A stretch of DNA of 64,000 nucleotides, from contig NC_081397.1 in the NCBI RefSeq assembly GCF_030684315.1, positions 11,928,421 through 11,992,420 of the forward strand, written 5' to 3'. Below the pieces are notes generated by a model, which was not told where the DNA came from, did no database searches, and saw only the letters and a program-made list of their open reading frames with translations. The position numbers were made by a program, and so were the translations under genes. Shown in pieces: positions 54,330 to 64,000 of the stretch. Origin of the DNA: Stegostoma tigrinum (lineage: Eukaryota). How positions within the stretch are numbered: position 1 is the first letter of the stretch; the number at the start of each line of letters is the position of its first letter.

Positions 54330-57300
54330 TGTGAGATTCTGCCCTGTGTTTATTTGAGAAGTTATCAAATTGGACTTGACTGTGATTATTTTTTTTCCCC
54401 CCTTTGTGAATATGAGAATGCCGTTGTAAGTCTTTACCTGATTGTTGGTGATGTGGGAATGTTCGTGTCAGTGTCTGCAAGGTGAGTATACTTATCCATC
54501 TGTGCCAGTCGTTTTCTGCTATCTGAATGTCAGAGAGCAGGCTTCAGACTGTGCTTCTCAGTTTCTGCTATGTCAACACGTGAGCTTGGCTTTTCATCTT
54601 TACCTGTCAGTTCCGAGCTTTGAATGTGTGGGTGCAGTTGTTAGCGTAACCTTGAATGTTTCTGCTTGTAAAAATGCACCATATTCATTCAATCCTAACA
54701 GTCATTTTCAGACATGTGAATATGAAAATGTAGTTATCCGTCTGTGATTGTCAGTTTCTGTTCTGTAATTATGAGACTGTGCTTTTCAGTGCGTACCAAC
54801 CAATTTCTGTTGTATGAATGAGATTGTCATTATCAATCTGAACCTTGTCAGTGTCTCCCCAGTGAATATTCTTGTGTAATTATCAGGATTATACCTCTAG
54901 GTTTCTGCTGTGAATTATTAATTAATTAGTTCTCTTGCTTTCTTGTAACATTTTGCAGGAAGGATTATCCCATCCCTGTCACATATTGCAAAGCAAATGT
55001 GTGGCTATGGTTATCAAATCTGTACACTCAGTTTTTGCCATGTGAATGAGAGGGTGCAGTTATCAATCTCAGTTTCTGCAATGATAATGGAAGTGCAATT
55101 ATCAGTCTCTGTCAGTTTCTGCTGTATCCATAGATGGGTTTAGTTATTATCAGTACATGTCAGTTTCCGTCACATAAGTGTGTGAGTGTTATCAACCTGC
55201 CCCTGACAGTTACTGTAATGCAGGTGGGTGACTGTAGTTATTAAGCTGTAGCTCTCTGTTACTGCCATGTGAATGAGTGTAGCTGTGCACCTACACATCA
55301 GTTGCTGGTGGTCAATGCATGAGTGTAGTTGTCACTTCTATACCTGTTTTGTATTTGCTTGTCAATCTGAGTTTAGTAATCGATCAGTTATTGTCAGATT
55401 CTGCTGTGAAAATCTGATAGTTATCAAACTGTACCTGTCAGTTTAAACAAATATGAAACTGGGAGTTTTATTATTAATCTGTTTCTGTCAGTTTTTGCTG
55501 TGTGGATATGATAGATTTGTGATCAAAAGTTCAGGAATAGTGCCAGATGACTGGAGGATAGCAAATGTGGTTTCCCTGTTCAAGAAGGGGAGTAGAGACA
55601 ACCCTGGTAATTATAGACCAGTGAGCCTTACCACAGTTGTTGGTAAAGTGTTGGAAAAGGTTATAAGGGATCGGATTTATATTCTAGAAAAGAATAAAAT
55701 TGATTAGGGATAGTCAGCATGGTTTTGTTAACGGAAGGTCGTGCCTCACAAACCTTAGAGTTCTTTGAGAAGGTGACCAAACAGGTAGATGAGAGTAAAC
55801 CGGTTGATGTGGTGTTTATCGATTTCAGCAAGGCATTTGATAAGATTCCCCACAAGACGCTATTGTGCAAAATGCGGAGGAATGGAATTGTGGGAGATAT
55901 AGCAGTTTAGATCGGAAATTGGCCTGCTGAAAGAAGACAGAGGGTGGTAGTTGATGGGAAATGTTCATCCTGGAGAGCAGTTACTAATGGTGTACCGCAA
56001 GGGTCGCTGTTGGGTCCACTGCTGTTTGTCATTTTTATAAATGACCTGGATGAGGGCGTAGAAGGATGGGTTAGTACATTTGCAGACGACACCAAAGGTC
56101 GGTGGAGCTGTGGATAGTGACGAAGGATGCTGTAGGTTGCAGAGAGTCATCGATAAGCTGCAGAGCTGGGCTGAGAGGTGGGAAATAGATTTTAATGCAG
56201 ACAAGTATGAGGTGATGCACTTTGGTAGGAGTAACCAGAAGGCAAAGTACAGGGCTAATGGTAAGATTCTTAGTAGTGTAGATGAGCAGAGAGATCTCGG
56301 CGTCCATGTACACAGATCCTTGAAAGTTGCCACCCAGGTTGACAGGGGTGTTAAGGTGGCATACAGTGTTTCAGCTTTTATTCATCGAGTTCTGGAACCA
56401 AGAGGTTATGGTGAAGCCATACAAAACTCTGGTGCGGCTGCACTTGGAGCATTGTGTACAGTTCTGGTCACCGCATTATAAGAAGGATGTGGAAGCTTTG
56501 GAAATGGTGCAGAGGAGATTTACTAGGATGTTGCCTGATATGGAGGGAAGGTCTTGAGGAAAGGCTGAGGGACTTACATTACAGAGAAGGTGGTTGAGAG
56601 GTGACTTGAAACATATAAAATAATCAGAGGGTTAGATAGGGTGGATAGGGAGAACCGTTTTCCTCGGATGGTGACGGTGAGCACAAGGGGGCATAGCTTT
56701 AAATTGAGGGGTGAAAGATATAGGACAGATGTCTGAGGTAATTTCTTGACTCAGTAGTAAGGGAATGGAACACTTTGCCTGCAACGGTAGTAGATTCGCC
56801 AACTTTGGGTACATTTAAGGCGTCATTGGATAAGTATATGGATGTACATGGAATAGCGTAGGTTAGATGGGCTTGAGATCGGTATGACAGGTCGGCACAA
56901 CAACATCGAGGGCCAAAGGGCCTGTACTGTGCTGTAATGTTCTACGTTCTATGTTTTGTCATTAACTACCAGACGAATGTCCGAGTCCATTTACCGGTCA
57001 GTCCCTGTCAGTTTCAGCTGTGTGTCTGAGTGTGCAGTTATAAATCTGTAACTGGTAGTCTCTGTTACATGACTATTTCAGGACATTTATCAATCGTTCC
57101 CTATCAGCCAGTGAGTGTGCTGTGAATGTGCTTAGCAATTTGGATTTGCCAGTCCTGGTATTGAAATATAAATAATTTCTCCTTGTCAGTTTCTGCTCGG
57201 TGTGTCAATGAGTGGAGTTAGAAATCTGTACCTATAATGTTTATACCACATGAATAAGAGTACAGATGTCAATCTTTCTCTGTCTGTTTCTGCTCTGTGA

Positions 57301-57445
57301 ATATCGAAGTATATAGTTATCAATCTGTACATGCCAGCTGCTGCTTTGTGAACCTCCGAGTTTAGTTATCAGCCCAAGCCTGTCAGTTTCTGCTTTAAGA
57401 ACGCAGGAGTGCAGTTATCAGCCTGTGCCTGTCAGTTATTGCTCC
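54330..57445. repeat. Long 49-bp repeat array split by a CR1
   Basis: AGTTATCA at 57364 and 57413, TCAGTT at 57383 and 57432 (period 49). Confidence 0.82.
55530..56955 (+). mobile_element. 5'-truncated CR1 LINE, same young subfamily as 24331-27615
   Basis: [27 protein letters not shown] and TTCTATG tail; highly similar to 26185-27615. Confidence 0.93.
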
Positions 57446-57489
57446 ATGCATTTGTTTTGTGCAATGGATTGTGTGATGTAAAAGCAAAA

Positions 57490-58030
57490 AGGTTTTGTAA
57501 CTCCAAGAGAGCAGAGTCTAACTGACAGAAATTGTATCAAGGGCTGTTCTTCAAGGTGACATCAGCTTTTCTGTGTACACAGGAACAGAATTTTGTGAAT
57601 AATGCTGAGGGAATAGATTGATGTGGCATTCCTTTCTTTGAGTCTAAAGAAAAGGGCAATGAACAAATCAACTGTATTCAGCTGAATGACCACGAGGTTC
57701 CTTCTACAGGGAAGGGTATCGGCTAATTCACTTAAATTATACTACCATGGATATAACAGAACCCTGCTGTTGTGCAATGGCACATGGCATCGGCAATACA
57801 CTGACAATGCGCTGTCGTGGGGATGAAGAAAGAAAAAGGAATTGTATTTTCTGTCTTACAGTGGAGAAGATTTAACCTTATTGAATATGGTCAAACTGTG
57901 AGAAAGTAAAATTTGACAATTACAAGATTTAGTTAAATGGATCATTCTTCGTTGCTTTAAATGATGATTACATCACTAACGTGAAGAAACAGCATTCTGT
58001 TTTCTTGCGTGTTTCTGGAATATTTCATTG
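57490..58030 (+). pseudogene. Possible highly decayed NLR (NACHT) exon remnant
   Basis: Frameshifted peptides VTPREQSL/EIVSR, EQINCIQL, GIGNT, IVFSVLQWRRFNLI and ILFSCVFLEYF occur in the order expected for fish NLRC3-like proteins; judged by eye only. Confidence 0.3.
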
Positions 58031-58559
58031 GGAGGGACAAGTGACACTAGAAAACTGTTTAACTTAGTTGCCAAATTCACTTCAATGCTTCACCCCACAC
58101 AAAAAGAAGAAATTTTGCAAGACAGACGGAAAATATGGTTTCTATTCCTGAAGGTGAACACATTGAGAATCACGCTGTGATAAGGTAGATTGGCAAATCG
58201 TATACTGCCATGGCACACTTATTGAAATGGAATGCTGGCTGAACGGGATCAGAAATGTCAGGTGCTTGTTTTTGTCTACTATCAACCCCATGGGCTGAAA
58301 GGTATTTTTTTCTGTCTGGTAGACTCTCTTGCTTTTCTTAAAACAGAGCTGTAAACATTTTCTATGTATTTGCTTCTGTTCCCTGCAGTGTGTATGACAA
58401 CAATGTATACCCAGTCTTTGTATGTTATGTGTTGATACAATGAGCATATTTGGGACTCAGTCAGCAGCTTTGTCTATGTGTTTGCATGTGCTCAGTAGTG
58501 ATTTGCTACTTGTCAGACGTGGTTGTTCAAACTATGTAACATGATGTCTTCCTTTGAGG

Positions 58560-60360
58560 GGGTAACAAGGTGTAGAGCTGGATGAACACAGCAGGTCAGG
58601 CAGCAGAGGAGCAGGAGAGCTGACATTTTTGGACTGGACCCTTCTGTCAGAAATGGGGGGGGGGGGGGGGGGGGGAAGGGAAGAGAAGAGAAAGGGACTC
58701 TGCAATAAATAGAGAGAAGTGAGGAGATGATGACGAAAGGTGGATAAAGGACCAGATAGGTGGAGAAAAGATGGCCAGTCAAGGAGGCAGGGCTGGAGCC
58801 AGTAACGGTAAGTGTAGGGAGGGAGGTCAGATGTGGGTTGAGGGAAGGCTGACAGGTCAAGGAGGCAGGGCTAAGGTTAGTAGGCCAAAGTGCCGGTGGG
58901 GGTTGATCAGTGAGGTGGGAGAACCAGATTGGTTGGAGAAAAGATGGACAGGTCAAGGAGGCAGGGATGGGTTTGGGGTGGACAGATTTTGACGCCCTTG
59001 TTGAGAACATTGTGCTGCAGGGCTCCCAAGTGAAATACGAGCTGCTGCTCGTGCACCCTACCGGTGGCAATGTTGTGGCACTGGAGGCGGCCTGGGATGG
59101 ACATGTCGTCCAACGAGTGGGAGGGGGTGTTGAAGTGGTTCATGACTGGGGAGGTGCAGTCGTTTGTCACGATGTGAGCGTAGGTGTTCAAAGTGGTTTC
59201 CAAGCCTCCGCTTGGTTTCCCCAATGTAGAGGGGGCCACATCGGGAACAGTGGACACAACACAATGTATTACTGGACATACAGATGAACATCTGTTTAAC
59301 ATGGAAGGTTTTCTTGGGACCTGGGATGGAGATAAGGGGAGAGAGATATTGGGGCAGGTGTAGCACTTCCTGTGGTTCCAGTGAAATGTGCCAGGGGCGG
59401 TGGGGCTATGGGGAGTGTGGAGTGGACGAGGGAGTCAGAGAGAGCGGTCCCTCTGGAAGGTTGATAGGGTTGGGGAGGGAAAAGTGTCCTTGGGAGTGGG
59501 GTGAGATTGAAGGTGGCAGAAGTGGCGGAGGAAGATGCGTTGAATCCTGAGTTTGTTGGAGTGATCCGTGATGACAAAGGAGATTCTGTCTTTTTTGTTA
59601 TTGTGAAGAGGTTGTCTAAGGGGCAAGTTGCAGAAATGAGAGCGATGAGGTCAAGGGCATATTCAGCCACTGTGGAGTGGAAATGGCAGTCCTTGAAAAA
59701 CAAGGACGTCTGCAATGACCGGGATTGGAATGCCTCATCTCGGGAGCAGATGAAACAGAGGAAGGAATTGGGAATAGGGGATGGCATTCTTGCAGGAAGG
59801 TAGGGGAGGGGAGGTGTATTCTAGGTAGCTGTGACAGTCGGTTGGCTTGAATTAGTTACCAGTTTCCAGAAATGCAAACAAACAGAGTTGTCCAGGAAGG
59901 AGAGAGATGTACTTAAGATGGTCCAGGTGAAGTTAAACTTGGGGTGGAAGCTGTTAGTAAAGTGGATGAACTGTGAGTTCCTTGAGGGAGTACGAGGTGG
60001 CACCGATACAGTCATCGAAATAACAGAGGAAGAGGTGGGGGTGGGGACAGTGTAGCTGCAGAAGAGGGGCTGGTCCATGTATCCTACAAGAAGCAGGAAT
60101 AGCTTGGGCCCATGCGGGTACCCGTGGCCACCCAATTTGACTGCAGAAAGTGGGAGCGTGAGAGACAGTGTGCATCAACGGGGCAGTCGGGTATGTGGAT
60201 TTTGGGGATAAGGCAGAAACAGTTAACATGGCGTTGGGGAAAGATGAGGTCAGAGGCTGTTGGCAGGACAGCACCTGAGGTGCTGAGGTTGTGGATGGTC
60301 TGGGAGTTGATATTGTTTTGGCGATTGGGGCAGGGTCATGATCAAAGGGGGTGGTAGGAG
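58560..60360 (-). mobile_element. Penelope-like element (RT C-terminus, GIY-YIG, pseudo-LTR)
   Basis: FLCYFDDCIG, FHPKFNFT, CSRCGPLYIGETKRRL. Confidence 0.88.
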
Positions 60361-60688
60361 GAGTCTCTCTATCCGGTTTGAGATATTATAAAATACCTTT
60401 CCTAAATGCAAACTTGATTCAGTTCCTGTTTTCAGTACTTTCAACAAGGAGTTAGCTGTTAACATTTCAAACATGATGTGAATGTTAATGGGTGACAAAT
60501 GATATTAATTGGAACGAGCATGATGTCAATTGACAATGAAAACAAAAAAAATAAACTTGCCTTTCCTCAGTTGTGCTTGGTTAGTTGTTTCCTTGGACAA
60601 GTTTCTGGAAATTGAGCTCAAAACAAGTCTGATCCAATCCACTCTGACTCTGGAAAAGATATTCTCCATTCTGATCGCAGGAACATGC

Positions 60689-60786
60689 CTGGTGTTAGTT
60701 AGAAGCAACTGCTCACACTTGGCTTTGTAACAAGGAAATATTGTTTCTTCGAGTACTTTCCTGGAGGAAGACAGAAGAGTTATCTC
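60689..60786 (-). other. Exon-like block, copy D (98 nt, degenerate)
   Basis: Acceptor GATTTACAG|G intact; donor CAG|GCATGT; net 10-nt deletion and early TAA. Confidence 0.4.
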
Positions 60787-61549
60787 CTGTAAATCAACAT
60801 CAGCCAAATTTGACAATATCAATCAGATTAACATATATTCAGTGAACAGTTTTTAGGGTGTTTCGTTTCTTGAACTTCACCTCCCAAAGCAACAGAACTC
60901 CAAAATAAACCTGTTGGACCACAGCAGAGAATTCTCTTGACACAGTCTTTTCTTTAAAGGGCATCAATTCAAACACAAGTCTGATTCCATTCTTACATCG
61001 AGCTGCTCCTTGTCTGAGGAATTGTTTTTCAAATATGTAATTCGATACCAACGGAGTGAGATTCAGAAACTGAGCAATAATTGCAAAGCTCCATCTGAGG
61101 TGCGACCTGAAGATGCTACACTGTTGACACAGCTCATGTTACCAGATCCCAACACACTGTTGAAAAGAACAGCAGCCGCTGTTTCAAATGTGTTTTTTCC
61201 CCCCCGAGACGTATAATCTGTTAACTCCAATCTACGTCCTTTATCGGAAGCCCCACAACTGGCAGCTAACAGCGTGAAACAGCAGCCAAACAATGAATTT
61301 CCATCAGTGTTTAGAAGACTAAAAGCTACAAGACTGATCCCCAGCAGCAGCTTCTTGCCGCTGTGTCTCCCTCCGCAGGCCCACACACAGCCCGAGAAAG
61401 GCCTCTCTCTCCCCGCCCCCAGGCCGCTCACTCCAAGTTCCGGGACCAGTTCCTGCTCCCCTCCGCCTCTGACCAACAGCCCCCGGTTCTCCCTGAACTG
61501 AGCGCGAATCAGTGCCGGTCTCGGAGCCCCTTCTGTGTCCCAGACTCAC

Positions 61550-61705
61550 ATCTCGATGCGCTGCTGGAAGGAGCCTGCTGTTCCCTCGCTTCCCTGGGCG
61601 CTGGTCTCTCCATTGCGGCCTGTTTCAAACAAACCTCTTCCATTCACTGAGTCAACACTCCTCAATGCCAGCGCTGGGGGAGGGTCTCACGCATGCGCTC
61701 CTTTC
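61550..61705 (-). promoter_or_regulatory. CpG-rich promoter and putative first exon, copy 2
   Basis: Paralog of 37640-37795; ACGCATGCGC at 61689-61698; donor GAT|GTGAGT at 61550/61549. Confidence 0.5.
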
Positions 61706-62341
61706 ATCGGCTGCCGGCGTCTTGGTGGTTTGGGAGTAAGGAACACCCCTGCGCTGCTAACACACCAATTTGCTTGAAACCGACCTTGCCCACAGCGCGG
61801 ACAGGACACGGGATCATTGCCTGATCTGTCTGCAACAGGCAGGAGGGAAGCGCGGATATTGATACAGCCCAGGCAAACTGATCAACCAGCCGTGTAACCG
61901 TGGGTAATCAATCTTATCAAACACGCCGAATTAAACATCTTCAAAGAGATTAATTGCAAAATCCCTTTTTTTCGGGACATGTTTATTTCTCCCAGATTGT
62001 AAGCATTCCGAACACAATTTGTAATTACTGCCTGAAATGTCTTTCGCAGGTAAATGGGAGGAATACACCGTTAAAACATCGCCAGAGGTCCTAACATCAA
62101 AATTAAACAAATTAACATTCCTGGAAGGGTTAATGAGATGCATGTACTGCATTATGTAAGATTTGTGTCTGGGCAGAATTACAAGTCGCGGTATGAAATA
62201 GCCAGATGCAGTTCCAGTGACTCTCCCCATGTGATACCATCCCCATTCTCAGTTTCTGCTCTCGGAAATGTGATATTTAAGTTACTCGAATCAATTCAAG
62301 TTTATGCTGTGTCTGCACTCGGATCCGGGACAGGGATCATT

Positions 62342-62527
62342 TGAGAGATAGACGGAATTGCAGATGCTGGACAATCTGAAATAACAAGGTGTAGAGTCGG
62401 ATGGACAGAGCAAGCCAAGCAGCACCAGAGAAGCAGGAAGAAGGATCTGGGCCTGAAACGTCAGCTTTCCTGCTCCTCTGATGCTGCTTGGCCTGTTATG
62501 GTCATCCAGCTCTGCACCATGTTATTT
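62342..62527. mobile_element. Short fold-back PLE-derived insertion with 11-bp TSD
   Basis: CAGGGATCATT at 62331-62341 and 62528-62538; the site is empty in the paralogous H1 flank (~43394-43410). Confidence 0.85.
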
Positions 62528-62549
62528 CAGGGATCATTCGATCCAGGCT

Positions 62550-62589
62550 CAGCTCTCTCCTGAAAGATGTGGCGGCTCTGAGAAGAGCC
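62550..62589 (-). terminator. Histone 3' stem-loop and HDE (second H1)
   Basis: Minus strand GGCTCTTCTCAGAGCC (62574-62589) and AGGAGAGAGCTG. Confidence 0.93.
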
Positions 62590-62625
62590 TTTGGGTTCAG
62601 TTTGTTACATGTTACACGGACTGCT

Positions 62626-63264
62626 TCATTTCTTTGCTGCTTTCTTGGTCACTTTCGCTTTGGGCTTGGCCTTCGGTTTCCTCGATTTCGGGGCCGGCTT
62701 TGCGGCCTTGGGGCTCTTGGTCTTTATCACCTTCTTCACGGGAGTCTTTTTCTTCGGCGCTGCTTTCTTCGCCGGTTTCTTCGGCGTTGCTGCCTTCTTG
62801 CCGCCCGCTTTCTTGCCGGTTGCTTTCTTGGCTGGGGACTTCTTCGCTGCCACCTTCTTGGCCGTTGTTTTCTTCACGGCTGCTTTCTTGGCGGCTGCTG
62901 CTGGTCTCGCCTTCTTTCCCACTTTTGCCTTGACTGGATTCTTTGCGAGTTTGAAGGAGCCGGAGACGCCCTGGCCCTTCACCAGAACCAGGGAGCCTTT
63001 CGCCAGGCACCTCTTGGTCGCCATCCTGATCTGTGCATTTTGCTTCTCCACATTGACCCCGCTTCTCTGCAGCGCCTTCTTTATAGTGACCAGAGACGTC
63101 CCCTTCCGATCGCTGTTCTCCCCGACAATCTTCACAATCCGCTCGCCCAACCCGGGACCGGCTGGTTTCTTCCTGGGAGCCGCCGCCTTCTTCTTCTTTG
63201 GAGACTTGGGTTTGGTGCTGCCGGAGGCTGGAGGAGCCGTTTCGGCGGCTGCACTGTCGCTCAT
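62626..63264 (-). CDS. H1: Histone H1 paralog, 212 aa
   Basis: Intact ORF, roughly 10 substitutions and a 5-aa KKSPA insertion relative to 42684..43307. Confidence 0.96.
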   Translation of the reverse strand: MSDSAAAETAPPASGSTKPKSPKKKKAAAPRKKPAGPGLGERIVKIVGENSDRKGTSLVTIKKALQRSGVNVEKQNAQIRMATKRCLAKGSLVLVKGQGVSGSFKLAKNPVKAKVGKKARPAAAAKKAAVKKTTAKKVAAKKSPAKKATGKKAGGKKAATPKKPAKKAAPKKKTPVKKVIKTKSPKAAKPAPKSRKPKAKPKAKVTKKAAKK

Positions 63265-64000
63265 GTCGGGAACTCTGCGCTGAATCTCTCTCTGTCAAAC
63301 TGAACTGGGTCAGCAATGAAGCTGCTGGTGGCGGCACTGAGCAACTTAAAGGCAGCGAGCGGACGGCGCGGAGACAACCTGCCCTCAGCTCCCTGCTCCT
63401 GCTGCCTGCCTGTCTCTCGGCACAAACTCTCCAATTCCTCTGCCATTCCGCATCTCCAGAGAGCCAGGCTCGATCGTTCCTGACCCTGACACAGGAAGGT
63501 TTGCGGCTGAAAGGTTTTCACTCGAATTGACGGCTCCGTTGTCGATTTTACCGCATTTTGCTGCTGCACTGATCGCGCTGTCTGAGCTGAGCGCTGGCAT
63601 TATCATCATTTTTAGACTGAAATCTTGAAATCAACAAATATATTGCCTTGAATTCTATCTTTAGGGTTTAGTGGAGGAGCAGGGGGATGATTTGAAATGA
63701 AAATCTTTTTGATTTGCACAAGAGAGACGTGGAAATATCATGATATGAGCGGACACACAAGCACATTTCCGTGTGACTATCCCGCCCGCCCTTTTCCTAC
63801 AGTCTCTCTGACTCAATATTCACATCCATACAGTCACAGGGCAGAAATATCTCTAAATGTACCTGTGGGAGGATGTACTTTCTCCCCCTTTCAGCCTGTG
63901 CTCCGGTACCCAGGGAATTAGTTGTAGTTTTTCTCCTCAGTAATTGTGAAACTCTCCGAGGTCTGTGCGCCGGAGATTCGTTCTGCTGCATATTCAGCTG

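Noticed and set aside
57528-57570. RAVLQGDIS resembling a mononegaviral polymerase QGDN motif
   Set aside because: Asn missing, no other L-protein motifs, and the frame closes quickly.
58654-58676. Long G homopolymer (and G/T-rich 148-232)
   Set aside because: Simple sequence within or near repeats; length is unreliable and there is no evidence of function.

Overview
Vertebrate genomic DNA, most likely an elasmobranch (shark/ray), judged from HE1/V-type SINEs, CR1 LINEs and the H1 type. It is not prokaryotic and has no CRISPR array. Most of the window is retroelement debris: CR1 (one copy with ORF1 esterase, APE endonuclease and RT), a Tx1-clade L1 fragment, a Rex1/Babar fragment, many Penelope-like elements (PLEs) with minimal hammerhead-ribozyme cores, SINEs and a probable solo LTR. 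The right third holds a dispersed replication-dependent histone cluster: H1 (+), H3.2 (+), H2A (-) and an inverted second H1 (-), each with a 3' stem-loop and HDE. No H4 or H2B is present. Less expected is a duplicated module with ~24 kb offset: degenerate 49-bp tandem arrays, a four-copy ~108-nt exon-like block with splice signals, and a two-copy NRF1-type promoter/first exon. Splicing of that first exon to the block would create an ATG. The two H1 paralogs differ in their H1-specific promoter boxes, and an orphan copy of the H2A upstream E2F/CHR module lies downstream of H3. Repeat boundaries were read by eye and are approximate.
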